In this document: one piece after another, positions 8,967 through 18,598 of the stretch | Position numbering within the stretch: position 1 is the first letter of the stretch | Layout: each line of letters begins with the position of its first letter | NCBI GenBank assembly: GCA_029561455.1 | Contig: JAKQIY010000064.1 | Coordinates: forward strand, 53,579-117,578 | DNA: 64,000 bases | Direction of reading: 5' to 3' | From: a bacterium | Lineage (GTDB): Bacteria > Zhuqueibacterota > Zhuqueibacteria > Residuimicrobiales > Krinioviventaceae | The notes under the pieces: generated by a model | Told to the model about the DNA's origin: nothing | Seen by the model: the letters and a program-made list of their open reading frames with translations, nothing else | The model's database searches: none | Made by a program: the position numbers and the translations under genes

Positions 8967-10307
8967 ATGGGTAGATTAACACTAATTATTCTCTTTATTT
9001 ACGGGTTATTTTGTACTGCCACCGGACAACTGGCCGGCGATGAAGCCAAAGGCAGCAAAAAGTACGAACAGTATGAAAAGCCGGAAACCTGCGCCAGCTG
9101 TCATACCGATATTTATCAGCAATGGACCCAGGCGATGATGTCGCAGGCATATACGCATCACTGGGATGAAATCGAATATTTCGATCTGGCAGTAGCTCAT
9201 GCTGCGGTAAATCCGGATTTAAAGGGCCCGGTCGATGGCTGCAACGGCTGCCACACGCCGCTGGCATTTATGGCCGGTGATGTTACTCCCCCGCGCCCTG
9301 CTGAAAATTCTCGCGCCAATGAAAGCGTGAGCTGCGAAGTCTGTCACACCATTACCGGGTTCAAAGGCGAGCCGAATTTCAATTTCAATTTTATTTCCGA
9401 ACCGGGTAGAACCAAATATGGCGCCAAAGAAGGGCTGGTTTCGCCGCATCACAATACAAAATTCCTGGGCATTTATGAAGAGGCCAAATTTTGCGGCTCC
9501 TGCCATAACGAAAAAAACCCCTTTGGCATTTGGGTTAAATCCACCCAACTGGAATGGGAAGATGGGCCATATTCCAAACAGGGCGTTGCCTGTCATCAAT
9601 GCCACATGCCCAAAGCTCTGGGTAGAAACGCTAAAATGGCTCAGGAAGACTTGGTCGCCCAGCACTTGTTCCACGGCGCGCATGATCCCGGCAAAGTAGC
9701 CGGCGCGATTGAAATCCGCATGCACCCGGAAGAACGCGAAGTGAGTTATGACGGTACTGTAGCTCTGAAAATACAATTGTTCAACGGCAAAGCCGGTCAT
9801 AAAATCCCCACCGGCTCGGTAGAAGACCGCATTATGTGGCTGCATGTTACGGCAACGGACGCAAATGGTAAAGAATATCATTTGCCGGTGGATAAAAAAG
9901 GCTTTGAGGGTGAGGAATACACCATCGCCGCCGATGAACTGGCCTACATCGATATGGGCATTCCTAAAAAAGACCCCGCTTTCAAAGGCGTACAGCGCGA
10001 CGGCGTACCGGTTGGCGACCGTATTTTCCGCATGCCCTATTTTGACCCCAATGGTGTTATGACCATTATGCAATGGAATACCAAATCCCAGGGAGTGGAT
10101 TATCGCATCGGCCCGCGCGAGACCAAAATCGAAACTATAACCTGGGAATTGCCGGATAACATACCGGAAGGTAAAGTAACATTCCGCGCCGAGTTGAACT
10201 ATATGCGCCTGGTAAAACCGGTAGCGGATTATCTCAACGTTCCGGCGGATGAAACGGAAATTGTGCCGGTTAATTTTGCCACCACCTGGGTGGAAATTTA
10301 TGAATAA
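8967..10307 (+). CDS. Exported pentaheme c-type cytochrome (c554-like) with C-terminal Ig-like beta domain
   Basis: Signal peptide; five CxxCH motifs (CASCH, CNGCH, CEVCH, CGSCH, CHQCH); GHKIPTG motif; AGGAGG RBS. Confidence 0.9.
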   Translation: MGRLTLIILFIYGLFCTATGQLAGDEAKGSKKYEQYEKPETCASCHTDIYQQWTQAMMSQAYTHHWDEIEYFDLAVAHAAVNPDLKGPVDGCNGCHTPLAFMAGDVTPPRPAENSRANESVSCEVCHTITGFKGEPNFNFNFISEPGRTKYGAKEGLVSPHHNTKFLGIYEEAKFCGSCHNEKNPFGIWVKSTQLEWEDGPYSKQGVACHQCHMPKALGRNAKMAQEDLVAQHLFHGAHDPGKVAGAIEIRMHPEEREVSYDGTVALKIQLFNGKAGHKIPTGSVEDRIMWLHVTATDANGKEYHLPVDKKGFEGEEYTIAADELAYIDMGIPKKDPAFKGVQRDGVPVGDRIFRMPYFDPNGVMTIMQWNTKSQGVDYRIGPRETKIETITWELPDNIPEGKVTFRAELNYMRLVKPVADYLNVPADETEIVPVNFATTWVEIYE

Positions 10308-10323
10308 CTTTTGGGAGGAAAAG

Positions 10324-11541
10324 ATGAAAAGAAACACATTGTATGCAGCAGTATTATTTACTCTGATAATTATATTTATTGCCGGCAATGCTTTTGCTAT
10401 ACCGGCATTTGCCCGCCGCTATAAAATTTCCTGTTCCACATGTCACGCGCCATTCCCCAAGTTGAAACCTTATGGCGCGGATTTCGCCGGTAATGGATTC
10501 ATTATTACCGAAGAAGAAAAAGACCGGGACTATGTTTCTGCCGGGGACGACCTGCTGTGGCTGAACAAGGAATTTCCCCTGGCTGTCAGGTTCGATGCTT
10601 TCGCCCAATACAATAAAGACAGCGAGGTAACCAACGATTTGGAGACGCCCTGGGGAGTAAAGCTCCTCTCCGGAGGTGCTTTGTATAAAAATATTGGTTA
10701 CTATTTCTATTTTTACATGTATGAAGGCGGTGAAGTGGCCGGTATTGAAGATGCCTATATTCATTTCGACAATGTTTTTAACACCAATCTCGATATAATG
10801 GTCGGACAGTTCCAAACCTCTGATCCTTTGATGAAACGCGAACTCAGATTGACCTATGATGATTACCAGATATATAGACGAACAGTGGGTTTAACAACAA
10901 CCAATTTGACCTACGACCGCGGCATTATGATGTTATATACCATTGAAAAAACCGGCACCGATATTGTCGGAATGGTTGTAAACGGCAACGGTAAAGTAGC
11001 TGCCGGTGAGCAAGGCACAATGGATAACGACAACTATAAAAACTTTGGCATACGCTTGATGCAATCGGTAGGCAATAATTTGAGTATCGGCGGTTTTTAC
11101 TACCAGGGAAAACAAAAACTGTTTTTTGATAATACGGATCATCCGGAAAGCTCTATGTATCCAACTTATGAACAGGAAAATAAATTTACTTATATTGGTC
11201 CAGATTTGAACGCTACTGTCGGCCCTATTGAGATTACTTACCAATATCTGTTAAGAAAAGACAGCAATCCCGAATATTACATTAATGAACCCCAAAATAA
11301 AGTTGAAACCAAAGGCATGGTTGCTGAAGTGATTTATTCTCCAAAACTGGATAAATCCCGTTATTACCTGGTAGGATTGTATAATAAAATAGAATCCGAT
11401 TATATCGGTTATATCTATGAAACAGCTTCAGTTAATGTATCCTATCTTTTGGCCAGAAACCTGAAAATGTTGGTAGAATACACCCGCGACCTGGAATATG
11501 AACAGAATCGTTTTGTAATAGGACTGGTTAGCGGATTTTAA
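10324..11541 (+). CDS. Outer-membrane beta-barrel (porin-like) with N-terminal single CxxCH heme motif
   Basis: Signal peptide ending AFA, then IPAFARRY.ISCSTCH; amphipathic beta strands; C-terminal Phe (GLVSGF). Start moved to ATG 10324 after GGGAGG. Confidence 0.8.
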   Translation: MKRNTLYAAVLFTLIIIFIAGNAFAIPAFARRYKISCSTCHAPFPKLKPYGADFAGNGFIITEEEKDRDYVSAGDDLLWLNKEFPLAVRFDAFAQYNKDSEVTNDLETPWGVKLLSGGALYKNIGYYFYFYMYEGGEVAGIEDAYIHFDNVFNTNLDIMVGQFQTSDPLMKRELRLTYDDYQIYRRTVGLTTTNLTYDRGIMMLYTIEKTGTDIVGMVVNGNGKVAAGEQGTMDNDNYKNFGIRLMQSVGNNLSIGGFYYQGKQKLFFDNTDHPESSMYPTYEQENKFTYIGPDLNATVGPIEITYQYLLRKDSNPEYYINEPQNKVETKGMVAEVIYSPKLDKSRYYLVGLYNKIESDYIGYIYETASVNVSYLLARNLKMLVEYTRDLEYEQNRFVIGLVSGF

Positions 11542-11562
11542 ATTACTAGAAAAGGAGTATTG

Positions 11563-12228
11563 ATGAGAAAAAACCGATTTTTACTGAGACCGGAAATCAC
11601 AATTATAACAGTAATGATATTCCTATGCTGCACGGCTTTTACCAAATCCAAAGACGATGGCTATATTAAACTGATCAAACAAAACGACAAGGGTGAATAT
11701 AATCAACATGGCTGGAACCACTACGGGCCGGGTTATTTTACCCTGGACAAAAAAACCGGCGTTCTGACTGGCTATGAAGGTATGGGCTTGTATTGGTTCT
11801 CGGAAAAAAAGTTCAAAAATTTCATCCTGGAACTGGATTACATGACCGAATTGCCCAAATCGAATAGCGGCATATTTGTCCGCGTACCGGAACTGGTTAC
11901 CAATGATGATTATATTTACAAAGCCTTTGAAATCCAGATCGATGACCATATCAGCGGGATACACAAAACCGGCGCGGTTTATGACGCCAAAGCGCCGGAC
12001 GATTCCACCGCTTCCAAAGGGCCGGGACAGTGGAATCATTTCAAAATTACCTGCAGCAATGATACCATAAAGGTGGAACTCAACAATAAACTGATCAATA
12101 CCTGGAAGATCACTACTCCTATCGGCAAAATTAAGGAATGGTACCCGGAAGGCTATATCGGCCTGCAAAATCACGATGCTGATAACAGCACGCAGTTCAA
12201 GGATGTCAAGATCAAAGAATTACCGTAA
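11563..12228 (+). CDS. DUF1080 / 3-keto-disaccharide hydrolase family exported protein
   Basis: KNFILELD, SNSGIFVR, FEIQIDD, TGAVYD, GQWN, GYIGLQNH, FKDVKIKEL. Confidence 0.85.
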   Translation: MRKNRFLLRPEITIITVMIFLCCTAFTKSKDDGYIKLIKQNDKGEYNQHGWNHYGPGYFTLDKKTGVLTGYEGMGLYWFSEKKFKNFILELDYMTELPKSNSGIFVRVPELVTNDDYIYKAFEIQIDDHISGIHKTGAVYDAKAPDDSTASKGPGQWNHFKITCSNDTIKVELNNKLINTWKITTPIGKIKEWYPEGYIGLQNHDADNSTQFKDVKIKELP

Positions 12229-12255
12229 AAAAAGCCCTGGCAACAGGGCTTTTTT
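12227..12255. terminator. Bidirectional intrinsic terminator
   Basis: AAAAAAAGCCCTG-GCAA-CAGGGCTTTTTT between convergent genes. Confidence 0.85.
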
Positions 12256-12386
12256 ATTATCCGAAAAAAGAGTTGAATTTATTAGAACAAGGGGCTTTTG
12301 CCCCTTGCCGGATACTCTGTATAAAAACTTTCCCGTTGCAAGCTCCCCGAAATGACAAGCCTGGGTTGGTTTATCATCAGGAAAAC

Positions 12387-13106
12387 CTAAAACTTCCATT
12401 CCGCCGGATAATCCAGCATCGATAAAGTTTTGAAACCGCTCACTATTTTTTCCAAGCCGGGCTTTAGAGCAGCATATTCCGGTTCACTGGTTTGGCTTAA
12501 AATAATATAGGTCAGGTTGCGGCGCGGCAGCACACTGAGAATCCACACATTCAGCGTATTCTCCTTCGATGGCGGCAGAACTACCGCCCACCACACTCCC
12601 TGCAGGGCATGATGCGCCGGTTGGGTGGTTTCCTGTAATATGCTGGCGCGTGCACGGGGCGTTTCGTATTTTGCCAGTATCTGCGCCATCATTGTGATCG
12701 CCTTATCCTCAGCCCGAACGCTATCCTGCCATTTTAAAACGCCGATCTGCGAAACCGCATTGGGCGCTTGTTCGCCGCTATGGGTCATCTGCGCAAACCA
12801 GGTAACCTGATCCAGCAGCGGCTGCGCTTCATCAACATAATTCAACGTGGTATCGCCGGGCAAAACCTGAATAAGCCAGGAAGAATCGGGGCGCTTGACT
12901 GAAAAGTAATAGGGAAAATTAAAATACAAAGAATCCAGTTCGCCAATACGGTCGCCGTCCGCCAGGCGTTTTAGCTCGCCATCAGGATTGGGAACATTGC
13001 GGTTCATTTCATTGATTAATACCAGAACTGCAAACAGGGCAAAAACCAAAAACAATATTGAACTTTTATCAAAGGGGCGTTTTTTTCGTTCTTTCATAAG
13101 TTTCAC
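12387..13106 (-). CDS. Hypothetical single-pass membrane protein (possible PsbP/DcrB-like periplasmic fold)
   Basis: Basic N-terminus plus one TM helix. The C-terminal LTYIILSQT...YAALKPGLEKIVSGF pattern is only suggestive of the fold. Confidence 0.6.
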   Translation of the reverse strand: MKLMKERKKRPFDKSSILFLVFALFAVLVLINEMNRNVPNPDGELKRLADGDRIGELDSLYFNFPYYFSVKRPDSSWLIQVLPGDTTLNYVDEAQPLLDQVTWFAQMTHSGEQAPNAVSQIGVLKWQDSVRAEDKAITMMAQILAKYETPRARASILQETTQPAHHALQGVWWAVVLPPSKENTLNVWILSVLPRRNLTYIILSQTSEPEYAALKPGLEKIVSGFKTLSMLDYPAEWKF

Positions 13107-13148
13107 TACCGTAATAGTGTGAATAAATCAATCTATAGTTTTAATTCG

Positions 13149-14042
13149 CTATAGCGCTAATTGAAATAAATCCTTTTCCTGCCAGTGCGGAATGGCCCCG
13201 TGGTGGGTAGCCACAAACGCTCCCAGCCGGTTGCTGAATTCAGCAATTTCCGGCAAAGAAGCGCCCTGTAGAAATTTTACCAACAGTCCGGCGGCAAAAG
13301 CATCGCCCGAGCCGGTGGTATCCATCACATTTACCTTGAATCCGGGGTGGCGCACTACCTGATCCGGCGATACCAGCAAACAACCATCGGCGCCCAGAGT
13401 TACCGCCGCCAGCTTTACTGTGTATTGTTCCAGTATAGTCCGCAAAAAGACAATATCATCCATAATATCGGAAAAATTGTTTTTCAGGGTGTGCAGTTCT
13501 TCCTTGTTCAACTTGATAATATCTGCAAAGCGTAATGAATTAACAATTATTTCCCGGCTGTCTTTATTCCAGCCGCGCAGGTTCACATCAAACACTTTTA
13601 ACGCTTTATTACACAATTGTAAAAAGCCGATGATCGCTTGTCGTGATGCAGGCGCCCGTTGAGCCAGGGTTCCCCACAACACCGCGTCAAGCTGTGGGGC
13701 TATTTTCTTCCAGGCATTATCCAGTTCCAGAGCGTCGAATGCAACATTTTTACTGCATTTAAATGACGGCACACCATTATCATCCAGTGTTACATATACC
13801 GAGCCGGTGGCCAGTTGCTTATCTCGCTGCATACCGTCAGTGTTCAAATGCAGGGAATGTAAATAATGCACTAGTTCATTGCCGAGGGCATCCTCTCCCA
13901 CCCTGCTGAGAATGAATCCGCAATGACCCGCCTGCTGTACATGCGCTGCAAAATTAGCCGGGGCGCCGCCGGGGAATTTAGCGTTTTCATATATGTCCCA
14001 CAAAACTTCGCCTACTCCGGCTATTTTATATTGCTTTTTCAT
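13149..14042 (-). CDS. PfkB-family carbohydrate kinase (fructokinase-like)
   Basis: GEVLWD, GGAPANFA, FDVNLR, DTTGSGDAF. Confidence 0.88.
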   Translation of the reverse strand: MKKQYKIAGVGEVLWDIYENAKFPGGAPANFAAHVQQAGHCGFILSRVGEDALGNELVHYLHSLHLNTDGMQRDKQLATGSVYVTLDDNGVPSFKCSKNVAFDALELDNAWKKIAPQLDAVLWGTLAQRAPASRQAIIGFLQLCNKALKVFDVNLRGWNKDSREIIVNSLRFADIIKLNKEELHTLKNNFSDIMDDIVFLRTILEQYTVKLAAVTLGADGCLLVSPDQVVRHPGFKVNVMDTTGSGDAFAAGLLVKFLQGASLPEIAEFSNRLGAFVATHHGAIPHWQEKDLFQLAL

Positions 14043-14044
14043 AT

Positions 14045-16000
14045 TTATAACCCGCTACGTAATGCGACAGTGATCCTTTGCCCTCCCGGCATGGGGCCGC
14101 TGCCGGTCACCGGATCAATCTCTTCAAACACAATCCCCGGCGGTTTGGGAAAATCGGCAAACGGTTTATTGGCCAGGGCGCGCTTCATAAACTCGACCCA
14201 GATGGGCAACGCCGCCATTGAACCGGTAACGCCGGTGCGCCATTTGGATTGCATAATCCGGTTATCATCAAAACCGACCCATACAGCGGCGACCAGGTCG
14301 GGCGTAAAACCGATAAACCAGGCATCCCGGTGGTCATTGGTGGTGCCGGTTTTACCGGCGCAGGGCCGGTAAAAACGATAATCGCGAATATCCTGCGCGG
14401 TGCCGTATTCAACCACGCCTTTCATCATATCCAGCATAATATAACAGGTTTGCGGATCGATGACCTGCTTGCTCTTGAATTCGTGTTCGCACAGTAATTT
14501 ATCATTCTGCAGCGCGACCTTTTGTAAATAAAAAGGCTCCCGTCTTATTCCCTGGGTGGCAATCGTTGTGTATGCCGAAGCCATTTCCAGCGGCGACACA
14601 CCGGTTGCGCCCAGAGCCAGGGACAAATGCGGTTCCATAGGACTGGTGATACCCATTTTTTGGGCATAACTGACGGTCGTTTCCGGTCCTATTTTATTAA
14701 TTAATTTTGCCGCGATCACATTAATCGATTTGGCAAGCGCCCATTTTAAAGTAACCGGGCCAAGAAATTCTTCTTCAAAATTTTCCGGCTGCCATACCTG
14801 GTTATAAATGGTAAATGATACCGGTTCATCCACATAAACGGTTTTGGGAGTGACCAAACCTTTATCGAGCGCGGCAATATAGGTATATGGCTTGAAAGAA
14901 GAACCCGGCATGCGGTTATTGGCCACCGCGCGGTTGAATGGGGCGCGCTGGAAATCCCGCCCGCCGACCATAGCTTTCACCGCCCCGGTTTTGGGGTCGA
15001 TGACCACCAGCGCAACCTGCGGGTAATTTAATTTGTCCTGCCAGGAGGCCTCCTGGTACGGCGGCAGTCCAAACATATCATCAATAGTTTTCATAACCTC
15101 AACCACCGCCTGGGTAGCCGCCGCCTGGTATTTAAGGTTAATGGTGGAAAAAATTTCCAAACCGCCATGAATGATTGCATTGCGGTCATAATCTTTGCTC
15201 AGATCCTGAATGATCTGTTCGGTAAAGTAATCGGCATAACCAAAATACTTGTTAATACGCTGATATTCCAGTTTTTCCGCAAGGGCCTGGGTCATTTGTT
15301 CTTCGGTAATGAATTGTTCTTTCAACATACGATTCAGAACAAACTGCATCCGTTCGGCGGCCCGTTCTTCATTTTGATAGGGATTATAGCGATAAGGAGA
15401 ACGGGGAATGCCGGCCAGCATGGCGCTCTGCGCCAGGGATAATTCATCGGCATGGCGGGAAAAATAGGTCTGCGCAGCCATTTCCACACCATAGATACCG
15501 GAGCCGAAATCGATCTGGTTTATATAGGCTTCAATAATTTCATCCTTGCTGAACTGCCGCTCTATTTGCAGGGCAACGAACAGATCGTTAAGTTTTCGCG
15601 TCCAGGTGCGGTCAAAGCTGAAAAACAGGTTTTTAGCTAATTGCTGGGTTATCGTGCTGCCCCCTTCACGAATTCGCAGAGATTTCAAATTGACCAGCAT
15701 GGCGCGCAGCACCGCGCGTTTGCTGATGCCGTGATGTTGGTAAAAATCAACATCTTCGAGGGCAATTATAGCGTTGATAAAATCCGGGGAAATTTGATCC
15801 AAAGATACTACCTGGCGGTTGGTCAGGGTTTTAACTATTTCCCCATCATCTGCATAAATTACCGTCGGGTTACTGGTGGCGATGAGATTAAGATCATCGG
15901 GTATTTGCGGCAGTTTGAACACAATAATAAAAAATACCAGTAAAAACAGTATCAATAATATAAAAACGATCCTGGTAATCCATCCCGGTTTTTTATCCAT
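14045..16000 (-). CDS. Class A penicillin-binding protein (PBP1A family)
   Basis: EDVDFYQHHG, GGSTITQQLAKN, SSFK, SIN and KTGT motifs; N-terminal TM. Confidence 0.93.
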   Translation of the reverse strand: MDKKPGWITRIVFILLILFLLVFFIIVFKLPQIPDDLNLIATSNPTVIYADDGEIVKTLTNRQVVSLDQISPDFINAIIALEDVDFYQHHGISKRAVLRAMLVNLKSLRIREGGSTITQQLAKNLFFSFDRTWTRKLNDLFVALQIERQFSKDEIIEAYINQIDFGSGIYGVEMAAQTYFSRHADELSLAQSAMLAGIPRSPYRYNPYQNEERAAERMQFVLNRMLKEQFITEEQMTQALAEKLEYQRINKYFGYADYFTEQIIQDLSKDYDRNAIIHGGLEIFSTINLKYQAAATQAVVEVMKTIDDMFGLPPYQEASWQDKLNYPQVALVVIDPKTGAVKAMVGGRDFQRAPFNRAVANNRMPGSSFKPYTYIAALDKGLVTPKTVYVDEPVSFTIYNQVWQPENFEEEFLGPVTLKWALAKSINVIAAKLINKIGPETTVSYAQKMGITSPMEPHLSLALGATGVSPLEMASAYTTIATQGIRREPFYLQKVALQNDKLLCEHEFKSKQVIDPQTCYIMLDMMKGVVEYGTAQDIRDYRFYRPCAGKTGTTNDHRDAWFIGFTPDLVAAVWVGFDDNRIMQSKWRTGVTGSMAALPIWVEFMKRALANKPFADFPKPPGIVFEEIDPVTGSGPMPGGQRITVALRSGL

Positions 16001-16874
16001 TCTGTTTCTCCTGCCGTACGGGGAATTTCAATTTAAGTCCTTTATTGAGACTATTGATTGCATCAATTAAATAGCCGGTAGCAATCTCGGAGCCATTCAG
16101 ATAATAAACCTGGTTGCGGGCGCCCTGGGCTACTTCAAAGGCAATCTTTACTTCACCATCAACGACCTGTGATGATATAGCCACCCGCTGCAGGTTATCG
16201 CCCCATTGCACCAGCCGGTGGGGATTATTGATGATTTGTAATTTATAGGTTTGGGATAATTTTTGAAACGCTTCATAAAAAATATCCGCCGGTACTATTC
16301 GGCCGGCAAACATGGTTTCACGATCCAGTTCGGAACCGGTCACGGTTCCTGGTCTTTCGGTCAGGTCGCTGAACGACAGGGATTTTTCATAAAGCGGTTG
16401 GCCAAAGCCATCCAGGAATGAAATGCCCAGCACATTCCCTTCATAACTGAAATTAACAGTCTGCCAGTCACGGTTGCGATCCAGTTCCAGGAATTTAAGC
16501 GGATCGATCAGCTTTTGCGCTTGGCGGTTGGGGATTTGATTATAGAAACTTTTAAAATTTGCTTTGGTAAGCTGCATAAATTGTCGGGCCGCCAGGTTAG
16601 CCTGCAAATCTTCAACCGAGTAAAGCGTTCCGCCGAAAAGCGAATCTTGCTTAATAGCGACTGTCAACGAATCAATCACCCGGGTAGCGGCAATATCCTT
16701 GTTTTCTTCCACCCACAGCCGCCCGGTTTTGGAACGTATGGGATTAGTTGCCAGCAAGACCTTGCCGACGGCAATTTCCAGGTAATCGAAAATCAACTCA
16801 CCGGCAATTAGCGCAGCAATGATAAACAGAATCCATTTCTGTTTATTTTTTAATTGTGTTTTTAATATCTGCAT
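15993..16874 (-). CDS. Hypothetical membrane-anchored periplasmic protein
   Basis: 293-aa ORF with one N-terminal TM; stop overlaps the PBP1A start. Confidence 0.7.
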   Translation of the reverse strand: MQILKTQLKNKQKWILFIIAALIAGELIFDYLEIAVGKVLLATNPIRSKTGRLWVEENKDIAATRVIDSLTVAIKQDSLFGGTLYSVEDLQANLAARQFMQLTKANFKSFYNQIPNRQAQKLIDPLKFLELDRNRDWQTVNFSYEGNVLGISFLDGFGQPLYEKSLSFSDLTERPGTVTGSELDRETMFAGRIVPADIFYEAFQKLSQTYKLQIINNPHRLVQWGDNLQRVAISSQVVDGEVKIAFEVAQGARNQVYYLNGSEIATGYLIDAINSLNKGLKLKFPVRQEKQNG

Positions 16875-16934
16875 AGGCCGTTATGTTAAAGATACAATTG
16901 AACCGGACAGGAAATGATCGTAACAAGATCAATC

Positions 16935-17801
16935 CTAAAATTTAAATGGTACTGGCGTGAAAGATATGAGAAAGATAATAAAAATTATATATCCAAGCAA
17001 GCGCCGATTTGCATCCAGGGGAGTAATAGAATCAAGCGGCTCGGGATGGTGGCGGCCAAACAATACTAACAACAGGAACAATAGCCCCCAACCCGGATAT
17101 ATCACCGTTAAAACAGCAAAACCGGCTAAAAAAACCAGGGTCGCTTTTTTTGCTAAACGGCCAAACAGGCTGTAAAAAATATGCCCGCCATCCAACTGGC
17201 CGATTGGGATCAAATTGAGAGCGGTAACAAACAAGCCCACCCACCCGGCATAAGCTAACGGATGCAATGAAACATCAAATCCGGATGGCACGTGACCGAT
17301 TGATATATACGCAATATATTTGAACAGCAGCGATTCGCCGAGGAAGAATCCTTGTTGCTCTGCGCCGATTACCGGCACGATTTCGGAACGGGCAATGCCA
17401 AAATAGACGAGGGGCAATGCAACCATAAATCCCGATAGCGGCCCGGCAGCGCCAATATCGAATAAGGCTTTTTTACCTGGTATATGTTCCTTGATCTGGA
17501 TAAATGCGCCCATTGTGCCGAACGGATTGAGAAACGGGAACGGGATGAAAAAAGGCAGAGTGGCTCTCACGCCATATTTGCGGCACATCAAATAATGCCC
17601 CATTTCATGCGCCGTTAAAAAAATCATTATGGCAACAGAATACCATGCCCCCAGCATCAGCCAGGTGGACGCAAAGGTGAGGATAAATAACGCCAGGTTG
17701 ATGAGCGGCTTATTATCGGGCAACGGTTTGATCTGCCACCGGAACCGGTTCTTCAGCAAGGCAAACCTGGAGGGAGTATATTTTTGATAATAATCGCTCA
17801 T
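16935..17801 (-). CDS. Site-2 protease (peptidase M50)
   Basis: HEMGH zinc motif; NLIPIGQLDGGH; multiple TMs. Confidence 0.92.
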   Translation of the reverse strand: MSDYYQKYTPSRFALLKNRFRWQIKPLPDNKPLINLALFILTFASTWLMLGAWYSVAIMIFLTAHEMGHYLMCRKYGVRATLPFFIPFPFLNPFGTMGAFIQIKEHIPGKKALFDIGAAGPLSGFMVALPLVYFGIARSEIVPVIGAEQQGFFLGESLLFKYIAYISIGHVPSGFDVSLHPLAYAGWVGLFVTALNLIPIGQLDGGHIFYSLFGRLAKKATLVFLAGFAVLTVIYPGWGLLFLLLVLFGRHHPEPLDSITPLDANRRLLGYIIFIIFLISFTPVPFKF

Positions 17802-17810
17802 ACCTATTGC

Positions 17811-18587
17811 CTATTCCGTAAAGTAAATATCGATTGCCGCGCCAATGCCATAGTGCAATATCTCATTGGCATTTTGACCATCTAGCGCAATTTCCAGAAA
17901 CCCATGACTGCCGATAAGCGCCACCGGGCCGTTATCATTGTTCCGGTAGTTGCTGCTTAACCGGGCAATCGTATGCCGCGGTAAAACAATACCGGTAATA
18001 TTTTTGTCCCTTAAATTACCGGCAGGAATGTTACTGACCAGGTTGCCGAACCGGTCAATATAAATAATTTCCCCGGAAATTCGTTTACCCTCAAGCCGTA
18101 AAACCGGTATAACGCCGTGTTCAAAGGTTGTACATGGTTTACCCATACGAGCGATTGGAACACCAAGAGATAAATGAGCGGCGACCGGCGCAAACAGATC
18201 GCGGCCATGAAAGGTATTGCTCAACGGGGTTTTAAAGAACTGCGGCTCGGTCAGTTCCATAACAAAGGCATCAGGGTGAGCGGACAGGATCCATTTCAAT
18301 ATACCATTATCCGGCGCTACGAAATAATGTGAATTCGCCCGTACAGCTAACGGTTTGCGCGTTGTGCCGACTCCCGGATCGATGACCGCAACATGGATCG
18401 TGTCCGGTGGAAAACAGGAATACGCCGACGCCAGCACAAAAGCCCCGGCATTAATATCTCCGGGAGCGATCTCATGGGCAATATCTATGATATGTACGTG
18501 TGGATTTAAAGACAGGATCACTCCCTTGAGTGCGCCGACAAAGCCGTCACGGGCGCCGAAATCCGACAGTAAGGTAATTATCGACAT
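17811..18587 (-). CDS. SAM hydroxide adenosyltransferase / chlorinase-fluorinase family (DUF62)
   Basis: TLLSDFG, VIDPGVG, APDNG, SNTFHGRDLFAP, IDRFGN. Confidence 0.9.
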   Translation of the reverse strand: MSIITLLSDFGARDGFVGALKGVILSLNPHVHIIDIAHEIAPGDINAGAFVLASAYSCFPPDTIHVAVIDPGVGTTRKPLAVRANSHYFVAPDNGILKWILSAHPDAFVMELTEPQFFKTPLSNTFHGRDLFAPVAAHLSLGVPIARMGKPCTTFEHGVIPVLRLEGKRISGEIIYIDRFGNLVSNIPAGNLRDKNITGIVLPRHTIARLSSNYRNNDNGPVALIGSHGFLEIALDGQNANEILHYGIGAAIDIYFTE

Positions 18588-18598
18588 AGGGAGTCAGT

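Noticed and set aside
9219-10388. 389-aa antisense ORF
   Set aside because: Lies opposite the pentaheme cytochrome with no motifs or RBS; codon-bias shadow.
17811-18587. Fluorinase/chlorinase (halogenation) interpretation
   Set aside because: It has the TFHGRD motif typical of DUF62 hydrolases and no secondary-metabolite context.
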